Source of the DNA: the human T2T-CHM13v2.0 reference genome, Homo sapiens
Reading direction: 5' to 3' (one strand)
DNA: 64,000 bases
NCBI RefSeq assembly: GCF_009914755.1
Contig: NC_060948.1
The notes under the pieces are model-generated. The model was not told where the DNA came from and made no database searches. It saw only the letters and a program-made list of their open reading frames with translations. Position numbers and translations under genes: made by a program. Numbering within the stretch: position 1 is the first letter of the stretch; each line of letters begins with the position of its first letter. Shown piece after piece: positions 45,912 to 59,490 of this stretch.

Positions 45912-48908
45912 GTTTGTGAACTATTCTTTTGAATCACATCTTTTTATAACCCAATCTTTTTATTCATTATTTTAGTTAAACTCTGTTTCAACTGCAATGT
46001 GCTTTTATATTAACTTTTTTTTCACAGGGTAGCATGGGATACACTTTCCGAGCTCTGGTATATGTAAAGTTGTCTTTCTACTAATTTTCCATGAGTTTGA
46101 AAATTTACGTGTATGAAATTTTTGGTCATGCCATATGAATTCTTTTTACCAAGAATTCTTTAGACATTGCCATATATTCTGGAGTTTTGTTTATATAAGA
46201 GACATGTGTGGCCAATTTGACCAGTGACTTCTATTCAGGAAAATTCTTAATTTATGTTTATGCTATAAGATTTTTTTAACACATTAAATTAAAAAATTTG
46301 ACCAGGATAAGCTCAATGCCTCTCTCAGTTTGTATAGGTGAGGTTAACACGAGACCATTGTGTACTGTGTTGTTTGTTTATGGCATTAATATACCTTGCT
46401 GAATGATCACTACCTGTTGACCTGCCTCCTTGCCTCCTCATAGGCTCCACTTACCTCTTTAGCCACATTAAAAAGTTGGCTTTTTAAATGCTGTATCTTT
46501 AGCATGTTGCACAGTGCTTGATACAGCATAACTCTCAATAAATATTTGTTGAGGGAATGAGTAAGCCAGCAAGTATAAACCTTTCATAAAATTCCAGAAT
46601 TTGACACCATTTCTGTAAGTGAAGTCGAATGCAACCCATGGGATAGACATGTTTATGAATGAGAATTAAGAGTCTATATATTTTTAAATAGAAAATTGAG
46701 AGAAGATTAAAATATTGGTACAAAAATTAAAACATTATTTGATAATGTTATTTAATATTTGATAACACATTATCTATATTATGAATGAATTCAAGTTACC
46801 TTATCTTTAGTGCATCTATTGACTCTTGCATGGATGTTTACTTCATTACGGTAACTTTCAGTGATTTCTGATGCTATGATTATTTCTAGTAGGCATTGTC
46901 TTTCCTGGGAGCACCCTGCGTTTTGGATGCTAGTACACACATGCATTTCCATTTTACCTCTGAGAGGAGGCAAAATTTACTGTCAATACAGTAGATGCCC
47001 ATCTATAAAGTAAAAATTCTAATGGAGTTGCATGTGGGTAGGCTTGTGTTCCGATTGCTGATAGGCCACTCTCTTCCCCACCACCCCGGAGTGATATGCA
47101 GAAGGAACGCTGCCAACCATTCTCCAGGAGAAAAATCAGATCATGTCTCATAGTTTCTGAGTTTATATGGAGGTTTTGTGCCTTTCAAGACAGGAGAACC
47201 TCATCTTGCACCATTAGTTGAGAATCAGAACTCATGATCTCACCCTGCAAAATGAAAATCTGTGCTGGAAAACAGTAAGCCCACCTTGGCTTCAGCTCTA
47301 GCTTACTGCATGAGCTTTGTGATCCTGCTTCATATCCCGCATGTGATTTTTTTTGAGTTCCACCTTTATATTTAATAGTTTTCATTTACACAGCATTCCT
47401 GTGTGTTTGGAGGAGAAGTTCACTCTGCTATGTCGACTGGACATCTTTATATTTCCAGTGTCTTCCCAAATCTGTGGGCCATGCTTGCATCTCCTGAATT
47501 AATCATTTAATAAATGAATAAAGCAGGTGCGACTACCCTATGAGAGTCACAATGCTGGTGTTCATTGAGAGGGTGGACAATAGACCCCATGACATTTCAG
47601 GAAAAATGATAAGAAATAATGGGAAATGGGAGAGTATAAAATAGCAGACAACCCAACACTAAGGAATAATTTCTGTTACTTGCATAAACTGCCTGAGGCC
47701 TGATTTCTGTAGGACAGTATTTTTAAAGTCCCCATAATGACCCTAGTTTTGTCATGCTGATGCTTTACTTATTTTATTAAGGTTTTGTAGCTCTTCACTA
47801 AATACATGCTATAAAACTTCTGCTCAAACAAAGGAGGATGTCATCAAAAATAAATAGTTTGGAATAGTGGAAATACCATCTACTGCAAATTTCTGGTAGC
47901 AAATTCCTTTCTGTAACACCCCTGACTTGACAAATTTGGATCATATTACAGGTGATTTTTTTTTTGACAATAATGTTAGTTTTCTCCCAGATAGAAACTT
48001 TGTGTTGCCTGCTTTCCAGACATACCCCAACCCCAGCTAATTCTTATGAAAATGTCTTCCATTGTTCAAAGAAAAAAAAAATTGAAAAAATTTCTCTGTG
48101 TATTTATTTTCCATTTGATAAAAAGAATAGTTTAACTAACTAGGACATGCATTCCATTCTCTTAGCCCCTGTGGTAACAGATAGTAACAGAGTTTTTTCT
48201 TTTTCTTCTTCTTTCATCTGTATTTGCTAAATATATTATGAACGGCAGGATAGTACTTGCTAGGAAAGTAGATTATAAAGATAAATGTAAGAAGCATTAC
48301 GTTATTTCCCCAACCAGTTGCAAATGTGCGTTTATTATATTATATCCCATAAATATCAGGACAACTACACCAGCTGCTCTGTACTCTCAGAGGGCATGGT
48401 ATTTCTTCTTATTTTGGCAACAGCCACCACTTCCAAAGGAAAAAAAATCTCTCACAAGCCTGAATTAAACAGGTGGAGCTTTCACCAGTCCTACAGATAA
48501 AACAGTAGGACCTGATAGCTCTCTGCTGACAGTGTGTTTCCATTAAAAAAAAAAGAAAGTAAAAAAGGTATGAAATTAAGACATTAAAAACACTTCTTTG
48601 GATATTAAAAATTGTAATTTTCTGATATTTTATAACAGTTATATATATTTCTCTTGGCAATGTTTCACTCAGTGAGAGTGACAACAAAGAGAGTTAACAC
48701 CCCAGATAGACTGAATAACACATGGCTTACTCACTTCCATTGGTATGAATACTTTCTTTTGTGTTACTGCATTTTTGTACAATGCAATCAGACAAAAGGA
48801 AAATGTGTTATTGTGTTGTACAACATGCACTGTAGAAAATGCATTGTACAAAATTGTGTTATTGCATTGTACAAAATGTGCAACGTGTTAGCTTATGTTA
48901 AAATCAGA

Positions 48909-49236
<328 letters not shown>

Positions 49237-49799
49237 TCAGAAACCCCATTCAAGTGCCATAAAAATATGAGATGTATATTATTCTTTATTTTATGGGTTT
49301 TATTATATTCTATCAAATGGTAAGATTACACATTTTCTTTCTCTTAATAAAATAACACTACACTTTCAAAAAAGGCTGAGAAGTGCTGTCCTGAGCATCT
49401 TGATTTCAACATTCTTGAATACTGTCCATAAATTACTAAGTTACTGTTTGATACTGGAAAAAACATCCCTACACAACTACCACTAAGATATGGAAGTACA
49501 TCATTCCAAGCTTGACAAACTACAGTATGATGATTGCCTAAAGGGGATTCCAAATCTTATGGCAATTTTTTCTCAATTCACACATACTCACTTTAACACT
49601 CTGTTGAATTTCCATCGTGAACTCACACATGCACACACACCCCACCCCACCCATGTCCTACAGTGGAAACACTGCTGACTCTGTTCTGGTGAAGGGCGCA
49701 GAAATCAAAATCCATTGAGTCCCCATCAATAATCTCATAGGTTCATACCTCTAGACTCCTCTGAAACAGGCAGAAGAAGCTTCAGAAAAGTTTCCAGAA

Positions 49800-50185
49800 A
49801 AAAATCTAGATTCACAATTTAGCCCTGATACTTAGGAGAGTTGATGCTGGTTGTTACTTATTTTTCAACCTTTGTTTTGTCGTTTGTAAAACGACTAAAA
49901 TAACCTGTGCCATTTCTTACCCAATGATTTTTTATCATAATCAGGTGAGATAACATATGTAGAAATCTGGAAATTGTTTATGAAATGTAATATTCCTATT
50001 TTTAGAAGGTTTATAGTTAGTACATGTAGCAAACGCGCTTGCCTTTCTGTGTGCCAGTCCATGTTCTAAGTGGCCTAAGTTTTTTAACTCATTTCATCAT
50101 CCCAATCTCTGTATGAAGTCTAAATGATTATCAGCACCATTTGATATACCAGTAAACTGAGACACTATGAGACAAAGTAATTCAT
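49800..50185. mobile_element. Two MIR fragments in opposite orientations
   Basis: gttactt...cctttgtttt..tttgtaaaa core; gtgccagtccatgttctaag...aaactgagacac. Confidence 0.6.
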
Positions 50186-51074
50186 TTATGCATTAATACC
50201 TACACTATACCAATGTTTTATGGATGTCACTGACTGAACTCATGCCATGCATATCTATCCCATACCTAGGCTATAAGACCAGTAGACTGGTATATAACGT
50301 GGTTTAACTATACAATGTAAGAGAGAGATTCCACACAGAAGCCCTCAAAATACAGTGCGAGCCAATCCTAGGAAAAAGTTAGAAGAGAAAAATCAAAGTA
50401 TCTAAATTATCTAAACGGAAACAACGGACTTTGGCCATGGAAGAACAGAGGATTATGATAGTGACCTGTTCCTGAACAGCTCTTAACTGCAGAAGGTTGG
50501 GCCCTTCAATTGTTCTTTGTTAGTATCATTATCATAGTACTCGAAAGCAATAGCAGAAATTAAAAATGTGGCAATGAAGTATTTGAGATATGATACATCC
50601 TATTGGTGAGAGTAAAAGGATGAAATGAAAGTGTTATTAAATTAAAATGAGCAAGGGAAAGATGGGAATACAAAGAAATAAGTATCACCAAATTGTTTAG
50701 ATAATGCAGAAAGAGCTCAAAGAATGCATCAGAGTAACTCTATCCGTAGTGTACTATATGACTAGAACACCACATCCTTCATGTACTCTTTGACTAGAAC
50801 ACCATGTCCTTAAGAACTAACCTTAAGTAGGCATGGCACCAACGATACCTTTGTGGGGAAAGCAGAAATTCAGATGCATTTACAGAGTGTGTTATGGCGT
50901 ATATGTGACTTCCCTTCAGCTACTCGATCTCTCTCTGTTTTGTTATGACTACTTTTTTAGAGATTTTAATCTTGCTTCCCAGTTACCAATTACCTAATCA
51001 CATAACATTAATTTCTTAGCATGCACTTTAGCTGCCAGAAGAAGAGATGACTTTGGTAAGGGGGCATAGCTAGT

Positions 51075-51440
51075 TTATTTGTTGATCTATCACTGAGTAA
51101 CAAATTACAGCAAAACTTAGTGGCTTCAAAAAACACCATTAATTACTTCACAGTTTCTGTGGGTCTGGAAACTGGGCATAGTTATCAGGGTATGTCTGGC
51201 TCAAGGCTTCTCACGAAACTGCAGTCAAGGTGTTAGCCAGGATTTCAGTCATTTTAAAACACATGTGGGGAAAGATGTGCTTCCAAGCTCGTTCACCTGG
51301 CTGTTGGCAGGATTTAGTTCTTCATGGGCTGCTGCGCTAAGGACTTGAGTTCCTAACTGGCTATTAGCTAAAGGTGGTCTCTACCGTATTGACACATGAG
51401 TGTGCTCATAATGCAGCTCAAACATGACAGCCAGCTGTCT
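51075..51440 (-). mobile_element. MLT1F-like MaLR LTR
   Basis: gtaacaaattacagcaaaacttagtggctt...cacagtttctgtgggtc...ctgcagtcaaggtgttagcc. Confidence 0.75.
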
Positions 51441-51548
51441 AGGAAACAGCTTGGACAGGGGATGGGTGAGGTGTTCCACATTTGGGCTTCCACAGGTGAG
51501 ATGTATAGGCAAGGTACTTTAAAATATTAGTAAAATGAATCATTAAGG

Positions 51549-51845
51549 GGACCATGCATGGTGGCTTATTCCTGTAATTCCAGCACTTTGAGAGGTCAGG
51601 GCAGGAAGATTGCTTGAGGCCAGGAGTCTGAGAGTAGCTTGGGCAACATAGCAAGACCCATCTCTACAACAAGTACGTAAATAAAAATTTCATTTGGCAT
51701 GGTAGCGTGCATCTGTTTTTCCAGCCACTTGGGAGGCTGAGATGGGAGGACCACTTGAGCCCAGGATTTCAGGACTGCAGGGAGCTATAATCATGCCACT
51801 GCGCTCCAGCCTGGACAACAGCGTGAGAACCTATATCAGGAAACA
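51549..51845 (+). mobile_element. AluJ
   Basis: gattgcttgaggccaggag...cttgagcccagga...ctgcagggagctataatc. Confidence 0.9.
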
Positions 51846-52471
51846 ACATAGTTAAGAGAAAACAGTGAAAGATGATGGCTGAACTAAAGTGTAAGAGAAG
51901 GTCTTTGGAAACTAGGAACTTCAGGAACTGGTATGATTTGGTGGGCCTTTGTGTGAATGTTAAACTCACTGTAATCATTGACAGGAATTGGAATGGACAG
52001 GAAGATTGTGAGAATAAAGGGAGTGGGTCATAAATTTAGGAAAGTGTACTTGATATGATATTAGAAAGGGACGAAGAAGAATCTGTGACCTCGCTCAGGC
52101 CTTGCAGTATATGGAGTGTGAGGGAATAAGTGGCCTCTCCTTGGGTGGGCTGCAAGAGAAGTAGTGACCTCTATGGAGAAACTGTGTTATTTCAGGCACA
52201 AAGGTTGAAGGTTATTAATTGAGGTTGTTGTGCATACAGATGAGTTTATTTGCCATAAAGTATTAACTCTAGAATTGCCCAAATTCCCTTTCAAACTGGC
52301 CTACTTGATAAAATGTTATAGTAAATCTCCTTCCTTCCATGTGTTGCTTGTCCTGTATCGCATATACCCCACTAAACAAACCTCAGACTTGTTTTCTGGG
52401 CAACTCAAGCTAGGACAAAGGGAAAGGGAAGCGTAATACTATTTATTCAAAGGGGTTTATGTGTGCATATG

Positions 52472-54121
52472 TATAATATACATGATGTATATTATGTATA
52501 ATATACATGATGTATATTATGTATAATATACATGATGTATATTATGTATAATATACATGATGTATATTATGTATAATATACATGATGTATATTATGTATA
52601 ATATACATGATGTATATTATGTATAATATACATGATGTATATTATGTATAATATACATGATGTATATTATGTATAATATACATGATGTATATTATGTATA
52701 ATATACATGATGTATATTATGTATAATATACATGATGTATATTATGTATAATATACATGATGTATATTATGTATAATATACATGATGTATATTATGTATA
52801 ATATACATGATGTATATTATGTATAATATACATGATGTATATTATGTATAATATACATGATGTATATTATGTATAATATACATGATGTATATTATGTATA
52901 ATATACATGATGTATATTATGTATAATATACATGATGTATATTATGTATAATATACATGATGTATATTATGTATAATATACATGATGTATATTATGTATA
53001 ATATACATGATGTATATTATGTATAATATACATGATGTATATTATGTATAATATACATGATGTATATTATGTATAATATACATGATGTATATTATGTATA
53101 ATATACATGATGTATATTATGTATAATATACATGATGTATATTGTGTATAATATACATGATGTATATTGTGTATAATATACATGATGTATATTGTGTATA
53201 ATATACATGATGTATATTGTGTATAATATACATGATGTATATTGTGTATAATATACATGATGTATATTGTGTATAATATACATGATGTATATTGTGTATA
53301 ATATACATGATGTATATTGTGTATAATATACATGATGTATATTGTGTATAATATACATGATGTATATTGTGTATAATATACATGATGTATATTGTGTATA
53401 ATATACATGATGTATATTGTGTATAATATACATGATGTATATTGTGTATAATATACATGATGTATATTGTGTATAATATACATGATGTATATTGTGTATA
53501 ATATACATGATGTATATTGTGTATAATATACATGATGTATATTGTGTATAATATACATGATGTATATTGTGTATAATATACATGATGTATATTGTGTATA
53601 ATATACATGATGTATATTGTGTATAATATACATGATGTATATTGTGTATAATATACATGATGTATATTGTGTATAATATACATCATGTATATTGTGTATA
53701 ATATACATCATGTATATTGTGTATAATATACATCATGTATATTGTGTATAATATACATCATGTATATTGTGTATAATATACATCATGTATATTGTGTATA
53801 ATATACATCATGTATATTGTGTATAATATACATCATGTATATTGTGTATAATATACATCATGTATATTGTGTATAATATACATCATGTATATTGTGTATA
53901 ATATACATCATGTATATTGTGTATAATATACATCATGTATATTGTGTATAATATACATCATGTATATTGTGTATAATATACATCATGTATATTGTGTATA
54001 ATATACATCATGTATATTGTGTATAATATACATGATGTATATTGTGTATAATATACATGATGTATATTGTGTATAATATACATGATGTATATTGTGTATA
54101 ATATACATGATGTATATTGTG
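52472..54121 (-). repeat. Minisatellite MSY1 (DYF155S1): 66 x 25 bp, minus-strand code (3)4(1)14(3)22(4)26
   Basis: Minus-strand units CATAATATACATCATGTATATTATA x26 (52472-53121), CACAATATACATCATGTATATTATA x22 (53122-53671), CACAATATACATGATGTATATTATA x14 (53672-54021), then the second type x4 (54022-54121); these match MSY1 types 4, 3, 1, 3 as recalled. Confidence 0.92.
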
Positions 54122-54164
54122 TATATTATACATATACATAGTATATGTATTGGCATATATGTAT

Positions 54165-54457
54165 TGGCATAATATATCCTTGGCATTCATCAGCTTGTAG
54201 CTATACCGCTTCAGCATCTACCTCTGTCTTCACATGGCTGTCTTCCCTCTGTGTCTCTGTGTCTCTAAAACTCTCTATCCTTATAACAATATAAGACATT
54301 GAATTTAGGGTATACCATAATGTAATGTGACTTACCTTAACTTGATTATATTTGAAAAGTTTATATTTCCAAATAAGGTTATAGTCACAGGTCCTCAGGG
54401 TTATTTCAACATAGTTTTTTTTTTTTTTTTTTTTTTTAGAGAATTCAACCAACTACA
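54165..54457 (-). mobile_element. MLT1C-like LTR fragment abutting the minisatellite
   Basis: ccttggcattc..cttgtagct...ctctgtcttcacatggc...tttccaaataaggtta...attcaaccaactaca. Confidence 0.75.
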
Positions 54458-55161
54458 GGGTTATTACCAAATAATTATTAGAATGTTGACACTAATTCCT
54501 ACAAACCAAAGCTTCTACTAAAATAAAGAAAGATGAGGTAGCAAGGTAACAAATGTATTACTCAGGTAAACCACCAAATCTCAGGACCTGGAAGCAGTCA
54601 TGAGATTTGGTAGTTTACCTAAGTAAATAATTCCAAAGAAATTATCTCCCTAACCACAATTAAGATGGTTCTTAGATTAGGCATATCCTGCTAATGTTGT
54701 AGCTTTGCTTTGCTATTCACACTTCCGGAGCTGAAAATACCTTAGGGGCCTCATCCATTAAGGAAAACAAAAATAAAAGGGGCAGTACATCAGAGTTGTT
54801 TTCCTACTTCAAATGACTGGATTCTGAGCTTCCCCGCTATCTCAACGTTCTCTGAGGTGGAGTGCTTAGCATCCAAACAACGTGCAAATGCATACTGGGA
54901 AACACTAAGCTTCTTTCTTACCAGAAACACCACTGAGAAGAAAACAAGGGAGTTTCTCTATGTTGGCAAACGATTTGCTACACAGGATATGTGAAAGCAA
55001 AGAGATGTTGCTCCACTCTCACAGACTTCAGCACTACAAGTATGTGCTGACATGCAGACCAGCTCTCAGTTCTAAAACATAGAACCCTCTAGCAGACAGG
55101 CTATCTAGAAAAAGTACAAAAGTTGAAAGTCTTTTCACGTGGCCTCTTAAACACACATGAG

Positions 55162-55476
55162 TTTTGTTGTTGTTTGTTTCTTTTGTTTTGTTTTGAGACG
55201 GAGTCTCGCTCTGTCGCCCAGGCTGGAGAGCAGTGGCTCCACCTCGGCTCACTGCAAGCTCCGCCTCCCGAGTTCGCGCCACTGTCCTGCCACAGCCTCC
55301 CCGAGTAGCTGGGACTACAGGCACCGGCCACCATGCCCTGCAAATTTTTTGTATTTTTAGTAGAGACGGGGTTTCACCGCGTTAGCCAGGATGGTCTTGG
55401 TCTACCGAACTCTTGATCCGCCCACCTCGGCCTCCCAGAGTGCTGGGATTACAGGCGTGAGCCACCCTGCCAGGCC
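55162..55476 (-). mobile_element. AluY/Sc-like
   Basis: Antisense Alu; TSD tgttgtttgtt. Confidence 0.93.
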
Positions 55477-56403
55477 CTGTTGTTTGTTGCTTCAGGCCAA
55501 CATGTTTTATTAATTTTACAACACTCTGTGCAATAATTTTTAAGGACGTATGAATATGGAGTTTACTTAGTGTAATATTTGTGTTACACCCACAAAAAAT
55601 TCCAAATTGCAGATGTTTTATACCTTAAAGCTCTTTGTCACTTTTGATAATGGTTTTCCAACTTTATATATAATATTTTATTATTGTTAAAAAATTCAGC
55701 CTGATTAATTTTAGGGTCAAGAATCTATTATTAGAATTTGAATCATTTATATAAATATATGACACTATCCTGCTGTATTTTTCTTTACCACATTCTATGG
55801 ACTCACTTTATTCTCTTCATTTGCATTACTGTAGTCTTCCTCTAAAGCCAAGTAAGTTTACAAATGGATCAAAAATTATTTTTGTTTTTTATTTCCTCAC
55901 AGGTGTTTTTAGCTCCGTGCTTTCATCATCAGTTCATTTTGCCAACAAGCATTATCACAAACTATGTAATTGTCACATTCAACTTTATGCCATTTTTCAA
56001 CTGACTCCTCATCTTCTAATACACAGAACTGAAATTCATATTTGCTTCAAACTCTGCTACTGGTCCCCCAATACTCACCGTTATTTAATTAGTTATTAAT
56101 ATTTTTGGTTTATGCATGTTTACCTTCCATTACAGCTACTTGTTTTCATAAGTCCTGTTCAGAACACATTTCTCAACTTCTGAACCTAAAAATGATAGTT
56201 CCTTCAAAATAATTCCTCTGTTTACAACTTCGCCTTTTCTATATGGCCTTTAGTTTCTTCATCTGTAAAATGAGTGATTAGATCAATGCTATTCAAGTCT
56301 ACTACATCTTTTGTGGCCTTTTAAACTTGACACAAGCCCTCTTTGCTAAGTGATACTAGAAATTAATATTACAAAAACTCAGCAAGAAATTACATTTGAT
56401 GTA

Positions 56404-56722
56404 AGTCCCGGTGTGGTGGCTCTTGCCTGTAATCCCAGCACTTTGGGAGGCTGAGGCGGGCAGATCACAAGGTCAGGAGATCGAGACCAGCCTGGTAACA
56501 CCATGAAAGCCTCTACTAAAAACACATCTCTACTAAAAATGCAAAAATATTAGCCAGGCATGGTGGTGGGCACCCGTAGTCCCAGCTGCTCGGGAGGCTG
56601 AGACAGGAGAATGGTGGAACCTGGGAGACAGAGCTTGCAGTGAGACAAGATAGCGCCACTGCACTCCAGCCTGGGTGACAGAGCAAGACTCCATCTCAAA
56701 AAAAAAAAAAAAAAAAGAAAAA
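56404..56722 (+). mobile_element. AluSc-like
   Basis: Full Alu with internal duplication of ctctactaaaaa; TSD aagaaattac(a/t)tttgat(g/a)ta. Confidence 0.93.
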
Positions 56723-57899
56723 GAAATTACTTTTGATATAATAATATACTTATTTAATCATATTTGATAATGTTACTCAAATATTTCAAGTAAACAGATA
56801 ATGTAAAGATAAATTTAATATGTAAGAATACATAATATTCCAAAAAAAAAAAAAAATCTGAACACCTTGGCTTACACCGTTTGACCTCACATGTTGCTGG
56901 CCTGCAGCTAAGGGTATAGTATGCAATTTGAATTTCATGTTAAAACAATTCAGTAATTTTTGTTAGTTGTAATTGATGAGTGATGGGCAATTTTATTTTT
57001 AGAGCCAAATGGAAAAATAACATCTGATTAGACAGAATCCAGGCAAAAATAAAAAATAAAAAAATAAAAGGTCATAATGTGTAAAGCAAGAAAATCTACG
57101 AACTTTGTTGTCTCTCTTCTTCTATTTCCTTCTGTTGCTATGTGAGCAAAGGGAGACAGGGGATCTTGGAGCACAGGAGCAAAGGGGAAAGGCCCAGATA
57201 TTCAGGTTGATGAGAATATGCATAATGCTAAAATTACAATGAATAAACATTAAAAATATCCATTATTAGCATAACGGTAGCAATAAATACTTAAAATAAA
57301 TATTTATAATGCAGAAACTTTTTCAGCATCTGAACTGAATACAATATATTGTATTTTATGATAATCTGAAAGCAGAGGGTCAGTCCAAAATTGACTCTAG
57401 TGTCAGTGTAGGAATTAATAGTAATAAATATCCAATCCATGTTTAAGTATATGAATTAGGTCTGATTAAAGCTAATAGAGGAGAAAAAGTGAGGGAAAAT
57501 ATTCAGTTCTACTTATTTACTAAGGAGAGATCTGGCTAAATAAGATTTATCTGCTTAACTTGTAACATTGCTTAAGTTCAATTGCTTAATTAAAATACTA
57601 ATTTTTAAATAAGAAAGATGGGGTTAATTAATATCTTGTATCTCAGACACATCTCTAACCCTTAATTTTTGCTATTCACATAGGGTATGAAGGTGACCAC
57701 TGATGATAGTAAACAAATTTATTCATTCATTAAATGAATCATATGGAATCAACAAAAACGTATTGCTTATCTAGATGTTGTCAGAGTTGAATCTTGAAGC
57801 ATAAATAAACAATACTTATTTATTAACATGCATGGTATTCTGCTGGTCATTATAGCTGTATCTGCCTATGTGACAGCTTACAATTTTCCAGACTCATGG

Positions 57900-58312
57900 T
57901 ATTATGGGCTGAAGTCCCAAGCCCTCCACCCATTGGTATTAAAGTCCTAACACCGTTACATCAGAATGTTACTGTATTTGGTGATAGGGGCTTTAAAAAG
58001 GTAATTATGTTAAACTAAAGCAGTTGGATATGGCCTTATTCCAATCTCACTGGTGTCCTTATAAAAGGAGGACATTTTGACACACAAGGGTACATCAGGA
58101 ATGCATGAGCACAGAGATAAGACCATGTAAACACACAAAGGGTGGTCAGCCATTTGCAAGCCAAAGACAGAGGTCTCAGAAAAAAATCAAAGCTGATGAT
58201 ATCTTGACTTGGACTTCCAGCTTCCAGAACTTTGAAACAATAAATTTCTGTTTTTTTGATAATGTTACCAAGTGTCACCAACTGTGTGATGTTTTGCTAT
58301 GGCACTAACCCA
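57900..58312 (+). mobile_element. MLT1A/B MaLR solo LTR
   Basis: ttatgggctgaa...cagaatgttactgtatttggtgatagggg...ggacttccagcttccagaact. Confidence 0.85.
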
Positions 58313-59099
58313 CATAGCTCAAGGGCTGAAACAATCTAAAGGAGTTTCTTCAAAAATCTTTCTATTTACAGCATTATATTACCGGGGCTTTTAGCTCCAG
58401 GGAATGACTGAATGAGTTTTTGTTTCCGATCTTTGGTGACGCATTATACTATAATAATATAGTACCAAGATAGGCATTTCCATTGGCTTTCCTCTACTCT
58501 GCCTTCTGGACTTCAGCTTTATTTTCACCAGGTTGATTTTCCAGGCACTACATAGGGTCTCTCTGGGCAGCCAAAGGAGTGGGCGTCACAGCCAAGAACT
58601 AAGGTTGCTGAACTTCATTCAGACTTTCTCAGTGAGCTAGCCATCCACCAGCTGCTATGGGCTGTCTAGGGCCAGGAACGAGCTGAGCTGACCCAGCACT
58701 GGTGAGGTCCTGATAGTGAGACCTCCTGAAGTTTTGACAGCAGGCACCTTACTCTCTTCGCTTGAGTTCCAGCCCTATTGATACCACACCCCTCCCAAGC
58801 CTTTCTTGACATTCCTTCAGAGCATTTGTAGTTTTGTTGGAAAGAAACAGGCGATAGTTACAAGAGATTAGAAAAATGTGTTAGCTTTGAAAATAAGTGC
58901 TAAATGAATGATCTAAGTGAGTTCTTCTTGAGTTCAGGACATAGATTGCTTTACCTCAATGCTATAAAAATAGCTTCAGAGAGAATGGGGAGCTTGAATG
59001 ACGCATAAGATTCTCACATGCTTGGAAGCTGTTATCTTCAAATAAAACAATGTAAAAAGATGGAAAATAAGTATTATCATATATAATTTAGAAACTTCA

Positions 59100-59490
59100 G
59101 AAACAAAAACATGGGTTAAAAGTCTGGCTATGCCAGTTACCAACTAGGTAGCATGCAGCAAATTACAAACTCTCTGAATTTCTACTTTCTCATGAGGTTG
59201 TTTAGATGATTAGAAATCACCTATATAAAATGACTGACTTTGTGCCAGGCAAGTGGCCTGGACTCACTAAACGGTTGTACACATATTAACATTGTTTCAT
59301 GATTAATGCCAATCTAATAATGATCGTTTCAGCAGTCCTTATTTTAGCACTCCCATGAATGAAAGACTTCAGAAATCAAAATAGACCTCAGCAATAATTT
59401 AGTCGAGTCTCCTCATTTTCTGGAGAAAATGGATGCCCAGAGATATTAAATGACTTGGCAGAGGTTACAGAGCCAGTTGGCAGCAGAGAC
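59100..59490. mobile_element. MIR fragments
   Basis: gcaaattacaaactctctgaattt; cctcatttt...cccagagatattaaatgacttggcagaggttacagagcc. Confidence 0.6.

Noticed and set aside
53067-53711. 188-214 aa repetitive ORFs (YIIHNIHHVYYTQYTSCIL)
   Set aside because: Translation of the 25-bp minisatellite in three frames; no gene context.
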